The position numbers and the translations under genes were made by a program. Below are positions 27,506 to 42,413 of a DNA stretch of 64,000 nt, piece after piece. Positions within the stretch are counted from its first letter, which is position 1. The number at the start of each line of letters is the position of its first letter. The notes below the pieces were generated by a model. It saw nothing but the letters and a program-made list of their open reading frames with translations. It did not search any database and was not told where the DNA came from. Source of the stretch: Acanthaster planci (Eukaryota); assembly GCF_001949145.1 (NCBI RefSeq), contig NW_019091362.1, forward strand, positions 2,716,204 to 2,780,203. The letters run 5' to 3'.

Positions 27506-28646
27506 TTTCTTGTTGACATTTTTCAGACCCTTCTCACACTGCTTGTGTGGCAGTGTACAGCTCCCAGGAGACCCCTTTGACCCCAGTGCAATTAATCTCT
27601 TGGAAATTGGATCGGAAATGGTGCATCATGTAAAATTAAGACCCTCAACATCCAAGATCAAATTTTATGGGTGTGGGTGTTTGGGGGAGGGGAGTAGGCT
27701 CGTTAGAGCTTAATTTTGTCTCAAGGGGCCAGAGGGTTGTTTTGTTCTTGTCAGCTTAGTACTGGAGTTTTTCATCATACTGGCCAGTGACAATCTTTGC
27801 TGCTGTGCTACCTCCGATAATATTAGACCAAAGTAAGTTGGGGGACCCCCCATTTGGTCTAAAGGACTTTTGTACATTCCTCTTTTATTTATGGTACATA
27901 CATTTGCATGTACTTATTGTTATCAAAGCATCTTCCAGCAAGATTATCACTGACGAATTGTTATTAATCTGGGGCTGCATTTCATATCAACCATGACTAG
28001 GCTGAATCTCCTAATTACAAAGCCCTCAGTGCCTGAATGTCCTTCTGCCGAAATGTGGTACGGTAGACAGTCACACTGTAGTTCTTGGAGATTCCACCCT
28101 CAAGGAACTCTACCACTTGTGTACGAACTGTGTTAATATTTGAAAAACTTCTGGAAGGTAAGGCCCGCATGATTGTTCCCTTTTATGTTTAAGGCACTGT
28201 GTTCAGGTATGTCTGTCTGAAAGACCTTTTATTCTAATCACTGAATTTCCATATAGAACACTAAAGCATGCTTGTTTCAGGCAAGGTACCGGCATCAATG
28301 TTCTATGTGCAGTATATGTGCATGAACATAAGATCAAGCTTATTAATGAGGGGATATGAAACATCAGCAATCAAGATCATTCAGACTGATCCAGCCCCCC
28401 CCCTCGATTTGTCATGTCCCTCCTCCATGGTTAACCTATGAAATTTTTAATTATCCACCCAAACACAAACTCACCCTCCCAAAAAGTGAACGTTCCCAAG
28501 TCTGTCAGCAGCCATTTTCCAAATGCATGACATCCCTCCACTTTGTCAGACCCTTGGGACAATTTTTCAGTGGCATTTTTCTATGCTTAGCCCTGGTCCT
28601 ACTACCACAAACAACAAGCTCCCAGAATTTGTAACAGTATGTGTAT

Positions 28647-28692
28647 GACCAGGATTCGAACCCCTTACCTTTCTATCACAAGTCACAAGCAA
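28647..28692 (-). repeat. Possible tRNA-derived SINE head remnant
   Basis: Minus strand reads ggttcgaatcc (pol III B-box); no intact cloverleaf. Confidence 0.3.
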
Positions 28693-31600
28693 GGTACTGG
28701 TATATGACAATGCAAGCTCATACTAAACTCATGCACATAGTGCAATCAATACACAGGGATTTTACATTCAGGGGTTGCTGTTACGAAAGTTTCCTGTGAA
28801 AGAGATTTCAACGCCAAAACTTCATACAAACTTAATGTAAGATTAAATTTAGGCCTACATAAAGTATTCTTAGGCCTTGACTGAAAAACCCTTAGGTTCC
28901 AATTCTCAATACCAAGGCCGAGGCCCTAAAGTCTAGCTTTAAGGCCAAAGCTGTGCATCAAGGCATTACACCATTGCATTACACAAGTGATGAACAACAG
29001 TTTAACCTTAACCCTACATAATACTACAAATTACTACTTGTAGTAAAATGTAGTACTGAGCGCTGTCGCTTGTAAGAGGACATGACCTTATTATTCTCTG
29101 AAGACATAAGATACAATAGATACGACAATGTACCATACAGTGCTGTGGCACTATGAATGCATGGCTTTATTGTTCTCTGTACGAGTAACTATGGAAGTAA
29201 CTTAGCCAGAAGAAGTAATTTGTAGCGCTAGGTCCTTCAGGCTCAAACTATTACTTGGTATTTTGTAGTACTGAGTACTGTTAGCCAAACAATATGCTTG
29301 GCAGTTCGAATTAAGGGACAAATTTACTATGGGACCATCTTTTTGTCCCTATTACTCAAACCCCAACTTCCTCAATATGGGGTAGGACTGGGCAGAAGCA
29401 GAAGCCAACATCAAATTTCTGACCAGCACCATGTCTGGATTCATACAAAGTACATGTACCTGCAAGGCAGCCCCAGGATTTAGAGATTTGCTCAATGAAA
29501 AAGGGTCTCCACAATTCTGGACAGCCCTTCATCCGTTAAACCCTGCACCAAAACTTCACAAAAACCTAATTCATGCCCAAAGCTCCTCCAACGGGCAGTT
29601 TATATTAATTCTTTAGAATTCTCTTTTTTTTTTTAAAAAGGAGAGAATACAAGGTAAGAAGGCATGCCCTTCTCGAGATTATGTCCTTAACTTCACCAGT
29701 TTGATAGACCTTTCAGGCATGCCAAATGAAGCAGAAAAGATGAAGAAAAGAACTTGGTTATAGCCTGAGAAAAGCTGGTTATGAAACATCTAGGGTTTCC
29801 AAACAAAAAGTAACTTTTTGAAGCTAGATTTATTCATCCTGGGGCAATGGATTACTTACGTTTGTGCCAGGTATGAACACACCACTTTCTGCATTGTTAG
29901 AAATTGTTTCTGTTTATACTTGTATCGTTCACCAAAACTTTAAACACAGTAAGGTAGTGGCAGAGGTCCTTTACTACATGTAAAAGTACCTGTATCTAAT
30001 GGTTTTTAAGTTACACCCATACCCGTACATACATCTCACTGTCAGCTTTAAATATTACTTGCACCGGGGGCAAAAGTGGGTAATTTTTGAATGTGAACTG
30101 TCCCAATAAGTGTTTCCTCAGTTCAAATCCCTGCCAAAACATCAGCTGCACTGAGGAAAGTTAATTGACATGTACATGTACAGAGCGGATGCATAATGTA
30201 CAATTGGTTCAAAATACCTAATTTTATGTATAAGTGAAATCAAGTTTTTATTTCTGTAGGGTGAAAATTGGCTTTCTTGTCAGACAAAAAAAAATACATC
30301 CAGTGGCTATGATGAATACAAGTTTTTGGTTCTCTTATGGCTTTCTGCATTTATGCAGTGTATAGTCTTATGTTGAAACCTTTCACCAAAATCAATCTAA
30401 ATGACACAGTCCAGTTTACGGTCAGAAGAAAATCTGCACCATTATACTATCAAAACCCCCCCAGGGAGCTCAGATTTGGCACCGGGGAAAGCATTTCGTG
30501 CCCCCTTTGTAGTAGATTTAAAAGCATTTCCACATGCAGGGAAAGCTGTTAAGTACTCTGTACAGCACTCAATCAAGATGCCAGAGGATTGCCCCAGATT
30601 GCTCGTGCTCCACACAATGATGCAGAGATTTGCTAGGGGAAGGGGTAGTGTCACAAGGGATGTTTAGAGCGAGGTACTCTAAGTACAGTATCTTGGTTAC
30701 AGCGCTACAAAGCAGACAAATTACAGACAAAGAAGATCTTACATTATGCAAATAATCTCATGGTTTGCACAATCTTATTAATCTGCTAATGCTTTCTGAA
30801 CAAGGACTACCCCTACATGTTTACAAGTATGTACAAACAGCCAAGTACACAAGAGTACATTTTGACCAAGCCATGCCAAATCGTGATATGTAAATCAAAC
30901 TTTCTACTTTTTTTTTAATTCTAATTCTTTCTAAAATGAGTACGCACTTCTCTGGCTAAATTTGTAGCAGATTATGTAAACATGGGGTGTGCTGGGAACC
31001 CGGGACTGGTCCACTTCATGTCAAACTGATGGCGTTGTTGGCTGTATTAGTAATGGCACATTACAAGAAAATTCAATTTTGCAAACCACTCATTACAGCA
31101 TGATGATTTTTTAGCAGATTCGATAAATTTTACAATTTCCCAAAACTATGCCAACAATTAAAATAGATATTAACTACCCAAAACACTTTTCTGGCCAACT
31201 CTAGTCTTTCACAAACCCCATACATTGCATAAAGAGCACTGTGCCAGACGGCAAATATTAGTCTTGACTTAAAGAGAGTCTCTTGAAACTAGACGCCAGG
31301 AATCTCAGTTAGCAAGCACATCAGCTCCAGGGTATACACTCAATTAATGTGTAACAGCTTGTCGATCAATAGAAAAACCGTGGCCCCCCTTTTCCACTGC
31401 CTGAACTGACTCTATTTATTCACACCCTGTTGATCAATAAAACGCGGTCCCTGGCAAGTGCAAGTCCGTTCTGCTGGCCCTGCTGCCCCAGCGCATTTTC
31501 AGTGAAAGCTCCCCTGAAGCAAAAACAATTATTCCGTGGTTATGATTGTGATGCCGCCTGGGAATTAATCCACACCGGCCGGGCAACAAAAATTGCACAA

Positions 31601-32856
31601 TGTTGTGTCGGTTTGTCAGACGATATTTTAGACCTAAAAAAAAGAAGGATATGAGGCAACTCAGAAGTCGTGACCTGTGTAGCTGCTCATGGTGTGAACA
31701 CATTCATTTCCCTATGGACTCAATGCTGAGACTGATCCAAGATTGCTCTCAGACAGTCCCTGTGATTTCTGCCATCCAAGAAATCTCTAAAACACCAAAC
31801 ACTTCCAATTTCAAATTGTTAAACCAGGCCTTGTATATGTACATGTACCTCGGAGCATGCACCAGTCCTGGTACATGTCTGCATATATCTTGCTTCCTGG
31901 AATCACCACTGCGCCACCCTGACGGGATGGAGGGGGGAGGGTTATTACTGAGGATGAGGAAACATGCGCTTTTCCTGTTCAAATCAATACAACCTCACAA
32001 GCTTGTTCACACTGGCAATGTAATCCATAGCACAAACCTAACCATTTCATTTTCAAATGAGACTGCTATGTTTACATTCAAATTATAAGAACAGATGATC
32101 GAAGGGGACCGGTACTATTCGCTCATTGACGTACATCTACATTTGTGTGTACAAGTACATAATACATCGTGATTTGCGAGACAGAGTTACATGTAACTGA
32201 AGTAAACTCTTATTCAGACATTTTGGGGTCCAAATCCTACAAGCTTGGTCCTACAAAATTTATACCCCTACAGTGCTAATGATTAATAGAGCAAAAGCGA
32301 GGCTGCTACAGTCAACTTTAAACTGGATTATAAAACTTGAGTGCTTCTGGCTTTTGTTTGAAGGTGCGAAGGTGCAGTGGATTCAAGTACTTCTACTGCA
32401 AAGTGATTTGACTTTTCAGGACGTCCTGCTGTCTCCTCATGACTATCCAGACTTTGACTGGAGGAAGCGTAGAGCAAAAATCACCCCTTCACATCCATTC
32501 AGACGTCCTCAACTTCTTCACAACCTTTTCTTTTCTTCTTCCTTAGACAGTTTTTACCTCTTCAATTTCACATCTCTGTCAATAATTCGTTCTCAAGAGC
32601 CTATGGTTCCTTTATTAGAATTACCAGGGAGGGGGGGTTAAGACTTAGGGGCTAGAGGAGAGGAGTTAACGCAGAAGTGGCCTTATGAAGGGCAAGGTAT
32701 GCCAAAGTGGCCCCATACAGAAGTACTGAAGCACGCGACAGACAGTAAGAAGATCCCTGGAGAAATCAAGGGCCCTCTTGACAGACTGTGACTCCATCCA
32801 AAGACAACCAACCACGGTGTCGCTATTTTGGGAGGCCCTAATGCATTTGTGGTTAC

Positions 32857-33040
32857 CTTTTTGGAAGGCAACCACTGGTCTGTCAGACTCTAAAGACAGG
32901 ACATTTCCTCCCAGTCTCCATTGATCGGTCCTTTCAATTTCTTCTTCTGTTTGATTCCGGTTCAGGTTTCGAATGGCAAGAAGGGAAGGTAAGCAGCAGC
33001 AGAGGAAAAGCACGCTGTGAAAGATGGCCCGTGTTTGCAT
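32857..33040 (-). CDS. Candidate first coding exon with signal-peptide-like N-terminus (minus-strand gene)
   Basis: ATG at 33040 gives MQTRAIFHSVLFLCCCLPSLLA-IRNLNRNQTEEEIERTDQWRLGGNVLSLESDRPVVAFQK (61 codons plus 1 nt), then donor AAG|gtaacc (phase 1). Basic n-region, hydrophobic core ending LLA, NQT sequon. Confidence 0.4.
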
Positions 33041-36007
33041 ACAGGGCTCAGGAATAACTGACCTCAATTTTTGTCTCCATCAGATCCCTTCAGAAAGCAA
33101 ACCACAAGTATGCATGTCTTTGGTGTCTAATGCTAAGGAGGCTCTTGCTACACTAATACTCGTAGGGGTGAAGTTTGCCAAGGATGTTGGGCCTCCACTC
33201 AAGCTGAAATACACCGCTGCATGCAGATTTTTAATTAAAATCAAATGTTCTGAAAATTAATGTACTCTCAAATACATGTATCTGATACTGCCCTACTTTA
33301 GAAACTGCAAAACAACTTGTCAAGAAGTATGTGTTTACATACTGTATTCATTTTATGACTTCAATAGCCCGTCTAGAAAGCTCTTTTTTCTTATCTTTGA
33401 TGAATCAGTATATCATGTACCATACCAGTATCTCACACCAAAAACCAAATAGTTGATAAAGTTAAACAAATGCTTTTTATTGAGTAAAACGTATTTGAAT
33501 TTGTAACCCATTAATTGCAAAGAGTATGTTTGTAGCAGCAATTTCCCTCTGCTGCTTGAGAATGATTTGTCAGGGTGTGTGAAGTACACTCACAACCATA
33601 AATGTCATTTTGACCTAAATGACGGAGGGGAAGCATGTCATAAATTTATGAAATTGATTGGATTCATCAAACACAATGGTCCTCTATGTTTCTGGCCGGG
33701 CTGGAACGGTGTCATCAATCAGAGAGAAGGCATGCTAATCCTCATTTCTCTAGAGCAGTGAAGCACAACTACCCCACTTAAGCAACCTTCTACAGAAAAA
33801 AGCGCCATTAGTACGCACATGTATCAAACTTAGCAAGCTTTTATACATGGGCAGCAAACTGCTTCTGAGAAAAGAGGAAGCAATGTAGACACAATCAAAT
33901 GCAGTGTATCAATTTTGCATACAACTGTGGTGACAATTTTCAGACATTTGAGGAAATATGCAATTCTATAAGCGCACACTCCCTTTGATTCAGAGGAATA
34001 CCAGTCCTGAGCACAGCTGTAAACTAAACCTTTCCTGAGGTGTGAAATAAATCCAAATTTGGGCCTGAATATCAAGGCAACACTGACTGAAACAGGTACA
34101 TACAGTATATCGACATGTATACATGTATGTGTGCAAGAAATGCACAGATAATTCAATATTATGCAGAATCCAAAACAACTACATGTAGTATTAGCCATGT
34201 GTGATTCGATATTTTGTTGTTTATTCATAATATTCAGAACATGCATAGAGGTATTTGCAAGATTTCCACCTGCTCAATTTGCACTAAAGAGTCCAAATGT
34301 TTTCTTGGATGTATTTTTGGTGTAACTTTATACTCTCCTCCAATGTATGAAAACAATTTGACATCCTTTTTAGGGTAAGTGTACAGAACAGTGCGATTTT
34401 CTAAATATCTAAAATTTTCCAGTGCTTTTTCTGGACAAGTAGGCCTAAGGGCGCTGATGCTGTGATGTCAGTCAAAAAAGACACTACTCGGTTTGTTGCC
34501 ATGCACTCAAACAATGAACCTTCCTCCCAAAGGGAATTTAGAACAACAAAATATCGAAAATTCCACTAGTTTCTGTACACAAATCAACGCAACGCTGAAC
34601 TTTTTCCCTAGAATGACATTACGTTGTTACTCGTAAATATGGACATTGGCATCTACATAAAAGCCAACAAAGACTACAAAATTTGAAAATCAGACTATTT
34701 GAAACACAAGGTGCATTTACCAGGGTCAGAGTATAAAAACGTATTGCCTAAGAAAGAGAACATTGCAAATGCTACAGCATTTTCAGCATTACGTTTTTTC
34801 TTCTCTTAACATTCAGACTCCCACAGGCACCTATTACCCAAACCCTAGGAAATCTGACTATATACTCTCTAATTCTGCGGCCCAAATTCCACCCGCACAT
34901 ACAATGTTTTATTTCAGAATTGCTTGACTCAAAGAAAAAAAATGGTGTAACTCATATCAGTACTGCCAATATTACCAGTAAGCTAACATTTTAATAGTAG
35001 CAGAGTTGGGACACATCAAAACACGACGAACATTTAAAGCAGTTTGTGTTCCCTAAAATTCCTTAAATTGCACTAGCAGGAACACTAACATTATGTGACT
35101 GTATCATTTCTGTTCACATGATACACTAACAGGGAGATTACTGACACGCTTGTACAAGTACATTGTAAATAAAAATTCACTAACTAACAGTTTATTGTTT
35201 GTCTTTGAACATTCTTCTGGAATGAGTTTTATTTAAACAAAATGCATTCACTTTGATCAAATCTACATCCAATCACTTACAGCACAAATGTGTACCTGTA
35301 TCCCTTCTTGAAGGGTGTGCTGCCTTCTATTCCACGACAGCAGAAACAGGGAAAAGGCTTATGAGTCACTGAACTTTTCGTCTGACAATTAAGTACCATG
35401 GGGCATACTTGGACAGGTTAATATAATGAAGCTCTGTTAATGGTTTGGATCGTCAAGGCCAGTAAGAGGCAAATCTCTCATCCTGTCTCCGGGAGGGAAC
35501 GGCTTCATAAAACGATAATTGCCATATATTACTTCGAGGGAATATTGTAACCCTTGAAATTAAATGGATGCATTTCTGCAAGTAACTTCAGTCCAGTGAC
35601 AGGGATATGTATCATTGTTGGCTAGATGTTTTTCAAGGTTTTTAAAAAAAAAAACAATTACCTTAAATACGGTATTGGCCCAGAAAAACAAACGTTTAAA
35701 AGACTTTGGTCATGCCATTTACATGTAAATTTCACTCTTTATTTTGATATAGCAGGAAGAATTAATAAACAGTTGGAATATGGTTGGAATTGTACTCAAT
35801 GGTATAATATTTAGTGGAAAATCTCTCACTTGTGCTCAAGGGCAGCTTGAGCAAGAAAAAAGCAATACATCATTTGTATGTTTTTTTTATCCACCCCAAG
35901 CCGGGGCAAAGGAGGGTGCAGTCTTCCGAACTACGGATGTTCCTTTAGCGGGAACTGCACTTTGCTGGTTCCTACATAACTATGAAATGCATGGGCTATG
36001 GTTGCAT

Positions 36008-36412
36008 TACGGCACCTGTTTTTAATTCCATGGTTCTCATTTCCGACCAACTATATTTTGGGCTTCTGACCTAAAAAAAAAGAGCAGTTTTTTTTCTACT
36101 GACCCTGCTAAGAAGACCCTGCCCCCAAAAAGTAAGTTGTGATTTAATACCTGTACAAAAACAGAACTGAAAATGGACATGAGCCATATGATTTAGCCCA
36201 AACATCAAAGTACCTGAAATCCACGTTACAGCATCAATACCACATCACAACAAGTGGTACATATCAGACCGCATCCAATGCACTGAACAGCATGAACAGA
36301 GTGTCATGTACATTTTTTTTGGGGGGGGGGACACTTCAGGGTTTTTTTGGCTTACTGACCCTTGGAGTTGAAAAAGATATGAGAACCACAGAACAATAAA
36401 AGGGTGCCCCTA
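36008..36412. mobile_element. Degenerate MITE with ~30-bp TIRs
   Basis: ggcacctgtttttaattccatggttctcat vs atgagaaccacagaacaataaaagggtgcc; internal repeated ctgacc motifs. Confidence 0.55.
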
Positions 36413-37576
36413 CTACGGACAAAATTATCACTCCCCACCAACATGGCTCTTTTTAACAGATGAGGGGTTTTTCTGCTCAGGGTGTATAAACAATACCAAA
36501 ACAATCTTTCAATCATTGTTGGGGTTCTTTTTTGGTTCTTATCTTTTCTTTTCTTTCTTCCTTTTTAGCAGGATTTTGTGTGTGTTTGTTTTGGGTTTTT
36601 TTGGGACAAATTTGTTTTACCACATTCACAAAGCAAAAGTTTGCTGGGATGAAGTCAAGAAGCTGTGTCCACGGTTGTGCTCCCTTACCAGCTAAGTGAG
36701 CAATGTTTTAAACACACTCTTACCATACACAGGACGCACAGATTCATTATGTCCTGAGATTCCCATACAACAATGAGAACACAGAGTACACAGAGTTTGA
36801 ATAGCAACTGGTATACACACTAATGATTACTGACCAGTTTCCAAAAGGTTATAGAATCAGATTTGCACAGCAAACTGCAGGCGCTCTGGCAAGAATTGAA
36901 ATCATTCAAGTGGTTTCATGCTACCCCAGCTAATTAGCAGCTTTCAAGACATCCAGGAACTCTCACAAAGGAGGTAGTGAACAATGAACTTTGTTCTCCT
37001 CATTGGCAACCAGATTTAGAGCGAAGGTTTTGGAACAATCTGCCTTTGGACATAAAGTCCTTGCCTGTGAGAAGGCACTTTAGATAGAAGTCAACCTATT
37101 CAGCACCTTTCTCAGCACAAGAAAACACCTTTCCGACGAGAGCTAAAAGTGTGCTTAAACCACCTGGAATACCGCCAAGATGTGGGGAGGGGGGAGAGCC
37201 GGAACACTTGAACCCCCAGGGCAAGTTGTTCTCCCAGATTTGAGTGATAAAGGATGGAGATGAAAGAGTCCCCAGGCGCTACCCTGGTTTAATTGGCCAC
37301 CTCCTATCAGCATCAACAAACAATGTCAGTTGAAAGTTGCAAAGAATCCAACATATTCCTGGGACAAGAAATGTCAGAGATCGGGATGTGAAAGAAAAAA
37401 ATCTCTTTGAAATGTAGAACTTACAGCGTTTTCACTGTTACCCCATTATCAAGGTATTACAATGTTGTTCACAGTGGTTGAACGTGACTTAGTAGACAGA
37501 CCAAATACGTGTATATATGCAGTGCAATGCCTAGATCTTAAAGAAGGGCTCTAGCTGTGAACTGCATTATATCTAC

Positions 37577-37630
37577 AGTATCCAAAGTTAAGAAGTGCAA
37601 TGAAGTATCCAAAGTTAAGAAGTGCAATGA
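37577..37630. repeat. Perfect 27-bp tandem duplication
   Basis: agtatccaaagttaagaagtgcaatga x2. Confidence 0.95.
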
Positions 37631-37665
37631 AAGGTACGTGTATATGGTCTGATACAATTACTTAC

Positions 37666-37990
37666 CAAGTAAACATGCATGAAATCCTACTGCTTCAAGT
37701 CACCACAAAAACTGCTGAATTTCCTTGAGGACAGAAATCCGGCTGAGGCAACACTGTGCACTGGTCCCAGAGCTTTCTGACTTGATGTGCTGGAGACACA
37801 GCAATCCACATCTAATACCCTCACAGTCAGTGAGAGGCGCAAGTGACTTCACCCTAAACCCAGGGCCAGTGAGAATTAGTGACGCTTGGCTGCGCAGGCA
37901 CACACACACTTACTCTCTCAGTAAGCCGGTTAACCAATACACAGCGCTGATTGAAGTGAGCCCTACAATGACCAGAACTCCCAGGTCTCA
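37666..37990 (-). other. Candidate alternative first exon (minus strand)
   Basis: GC-richer block ending ATG CAT GTT TAC TTG|gtaagt (MHVYL, phase 0). Upper coordinate approximate. Confidence 0.3.
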
Positions 37991-40900
37991 GTCCAGGGTC
38001 TATATGTGCAGTGATATCTAAGGGGGATGCAGCTCAGTAGGCCCGCTCCTCACTGAGCATGCACAAAGAAAGATACATGTACGTCAGCAGAGAAGCTGAT
38101 GATGATGACGACGATATGGGATGACATGCCTCCAAGATATACTTTATGGAGGTTACATACACATACCGGTACATGTACATGCAATAATAACACATAATGC
38201 ACATCACTGACAGTGCCTCACCTACGGTACAACACTTTCTGCCCGTGATATATCATGGAGGAATAAACCCCCCCCCCCAAAAAAATGGGCATAACTATGA
38301 GTGAAGGGCTGTGAGATGTACATCTTTTCAAAAGACTGAGTCTGTAACCAGAAAGAAATACACACACACTGCAAATACAAAATGGTTTGCTCTGCTAATG
38401 ACTCTGAAGGTTCGTCCTCCACGGTTCATCTGTGTCAGACCCATAATGTTGGCTCAACTGTTCAGTAGACGTAGGTAGGCTGAATAATCCATCCAGATAC
38501 TGAATTCAGGCCTTTGACCCTCCATGTAAAAGGTGCTGACAAGGACAGTGATGCTGAATCAACTGGAAGGAGTGAGTGGGGGGAAGAACGTCCAACTTCT
38601 TGTCAGGATTACAAGCCTTAATTCTTCAGGTTTTTTCCTGAATGATCTTCTTTTCAGTTTACGCCATTCTCTACTCCAGTTTCCGGCTTATAAGTACGGT
38701 AGATGCCAAAGAGAGCAATGAAGACAAGGCAAACTTCTTTTACTGGTACATGTACTTTGTATGAGGAAACACACAACCCCAAATCACCTTGCTTTCAAAC
38801 ACAGTCACTACAAAGATGTACTAAGCCCACGTGTGTCTTAAGAAAGTAAGCACACACAGAAAGCAGTTCAGAAAAATCTGCATTGGGACAAAATTGGCAG
38901 CAACTGTCTTACACACACCTCGCCTGAATCATTTGGTTGATCCAGTCGGTAGTACCAATTAATTTATGTTAGGGAACTATTTTACAAGCAAAAGAAATCC
39001 TACAGATAACAAAAAAATTTGAGATTAAATAGTAATTGGAAAGCTGGAATATACGGAAGTACATAGCTTGCCACCACTTCTGACTTTTTCCAAAAAGACT
39101 GGGCTTTTCAAGTTTATGAATTCAACAAAGTACATCTATAAAACTGTACAGGCTACATGTGCCAGTAAATGCGAACAAGATCAAGTGCACAAGGGGTATC
39201 CATCTGGAAAATTTCACACATTCCTGCCAGCCACAGGATTATTTTCAACCTGGGTTTCACTCCTGACCCCTTCTGAAAGGCCGTGGTTGAGATGTTTCAT
39301 CTGGGTGTGAAACACTGGGCCTGGTCCAAAATAGTAGGACTTGTGATAACACTTGTAAAGTTTGCACAACAATGAATAGTTGTACACTAAAGTCAGTTTT
39401 GTACTGTGACTTTTCATCTTGGTTTCAGAGTTCAGGTGTGAAATTAATTCTTTTTGCTTGTTTCTGGGGTCTAAATTGGCCCTGTGAGGCAACATGGCAT
39501 TGTGAAACTGGGAGGAGGGAAAGAAGACAGAGGCAAGTTTATCCCAGCATTCAACTGTGTGGCTTGAAACGGCCTTTAGTTCCTGTCCAGAGTCCACAAT
39601 GTGGAATCATGGGATGGTAATTCCACATTTTTATAAAAACCCTCATCAAAACTCATTGCTTTACAGTGGGATGAACTCATCTAAATCATGAATGAACTTA
39701 GAAGTCCTGAATGGTCTTCATACATTTTGACTATTAACTATAGAATATTAATTAATCACCCTCTGATGTCATTATTGGCTGGAACACATCGGGAAGTAGA
39801 AATAAAAGTGTCACATCTCACAAAAAGTTCTGACTGAAGGGGTTACATAGTTGGCTATTTTTTTTAATTTTAATGAATATTTATTGCATACAAAGACTTA
39901 AGAGCTTTTTTTGGGTGGGGGTTAAGTTTTCTTTACTGAGCATAATTTTACCATTATTAGTTTTGTGCACACTTATCACAACACTGCAAAATGATCAGTT
40001 TTCACAGATGATTCTGAGAGTATGACCATGGAATCTACGTCAGTGATATTGTGCAATTAAAAGATAATGGACCAATTTTTCACTAAATAAGTGAAATATT
40101 CCATTAGCCACTAACGGCTGATTTATCCACTGTTTCATTTCTCATGCACCTAATAATTTTGTTTCTTGTATTCAGAGCACCACAAGGCAACTGACAATTA
40201 TGGTCTAATTGCTTCCATCCTCAATTTTGAACGGCTTAGCTTAGACAATATGGTTTGTAAAAGAAAAAAACACCACTACAGATCTTGTAACACAAAATTA
40301 AGACTAGTCCAAAAGTCATTTGCTACAGTGAGCAAAGTCGTTGCGAACTCAACTGCAGGGACACAGCAGAAATGTATGTGACATAATGGGTTCGTCAACT
40401 GTGCGGCGCGGGGAGGGTACTGTTGATAGCTCACTGTACAGTTGAAAAGTCGAGTCAAACTGTACGCAATTTCTACTTTTTAATTCATTGGAATTCTTAT
40501 TTTTCGTCTAATTTTCTCAAAATTAAAAAATTCTTTATTAGAAAAGCAACCTTTTACAATGGTTCTGGCTGAAAATGGATTTTTTGTATGGTTACTTTTT
40601 ATTTGTGAAGACGTTTTTGTCTCGATCCTAAACTGATCCAGAACTAGGAAAGGTATCGTCGTCACTTTCGTCGATCGATTTTCAAAAATTGAAGTATCCA
40701 AAACACAGAGTTGACTTCTGACCATATTTCACTCCAATTTGAGGATTTTTTTTAGCTGCAGTCTTACTGAATAATTTTTGCGATCTGGAACTGGGAAAAT
40801 GACTGTACCAAACCTATACAAACAAGAGACCGAAGGAGTTTTGTCTTACGAGGTGGAAGCACTGTTGATGTACATGAACACTTGCATGACTGTATTTGTT

Positions 40901-42299
40901 CAAACCCTGTGCAAACCCTGTCGGGCTACATGACTTTTGTGCGGAATTAGTGGTGCTTACTGTTTGAGTTAAAGAGTATTTTTGTCAAGTAAAACAATAT
41001 GAATGAAAATTACTTTTTGGGATTGACGACAAAGCGAGAGCGGACTGTGTAATATTCTAGTGGTGCTGGGACTCCACACGACGTGCGGTAAGCAGTGATC
41101 ACGCACAAATTGTGCGGTTGATCGGCCTGTTTTTATAACCAAAGCACTAAATGTGCTCTACAAACCCAAAGAGTCAGAGAACCAGTTTAGATTTTTATAC
41201 CAAGAAATATGCCGTTTCAAAATTATTTTTAACTTAAAGCAACATGAATTTCCTCAGTGACTCAGTGGAACTGTGGATGAGGAATTGAACAAAAAAAGCA
41301 GGCAGGATGTTTTCTGTATGTACAAAAGCATTTCAAATCTAAGTATTCTTTCATTGGAAAAAAGGGAAATGTTGACAGGTGCAAGTCATAATACAGTTGG
41401 CCAATCAAATGTCACTTGTCAAAGTACTTATACATTAAAATCTCGACAATTTGAACCTCAGGGGAATGTACTTTTCCTGAAAAAGTCTTTATTAAACTAA
41501 ACCACTCCATCGTGGTACCTTCGTGTGACAAAACTTTCGTATCGCTTCAGTCATTTAACAAGGTGAAGCGCTGCTATTTTTTTCACTTGGGCTTCCCTAT
41601 GTGTGGTCACATGACCTTTCCTTTTGCGGTCACATGGCCGCTGCAGTGTCAGCGATTGGACTGCCTGAAGGGGACTACAATTGGGCCCGCGTTGTAATCA
41701 GGTTAGTTTCAGCGTCTTGAAAGCCAGGATTACAGTTGCAGCTACATTGATTTATGCAACATGCAACCAACTGGTCCTCGTGAGAAAAGAAATTCACTTG
41801 CGATGACTCCTAACCTATATTGACTTCCGATACTTTCAACGCCGTTTGAAGAATTTTGGTGGCGGTTTTTTGAATCAGAAACTTCAAAATAAGTGGATAT
41901 AATGGTGTGGGCATTGTTCACGTTACGGTGGTATTTTTGTACATAAAACTTTAAGCCTATTAACCAGTGACGTACATGTACATAGCACTGATCTGGTCCA
42001 CACGTGACATGACCAGCGCTCACCATTTGTGCACGCCACGTGCGTTCCGTGTGTATGCGGTCATGCAGCATCCGGGACATTTCCTTTGAGCGGTTGCAGG
42101 TGCATATATCATGTAGGTGGTTTGCAGCTCTGTCCTCTTTTCTGATGTTCCCCGTGAGCATTTGTTTTTCTGTTTCATACACCCACAAAAAAATTGCAAA
42201 CTGAAGGTAACAATTTCGTTTGATAAAAAGGTAGGTAGATTAACTCCGACGTTTAGAACAATGTGCTGCTTGCTTCCTATGTACCAAAAAGAACCGTGT

Positions 42300-42413
42300 T
42301 TTGGGCACATGGTCCAAATGCCATTTGTTATTAAGTGATTTCTTTTCCGGGTACCCGATGTTAACAAAAAACGGGTACCCGGTTCTAAAATTACCCGCAA
42401 ATGCACACCCCTA
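42300..42413. mobile_element. Right end of a hAT-like element (TAGGGGTGTGCA terminus)
   Basis: Ends tgcacaccccta, preceded by two cgggtacccg palindromes; matching left end and TSD not found. Confidence 0.4.

Noticed and set aside
27028..27713. ORFs of 106 and 131 aa
   Set aside because: Translate the 145-bp tandem repeat of a non-autonomous element.
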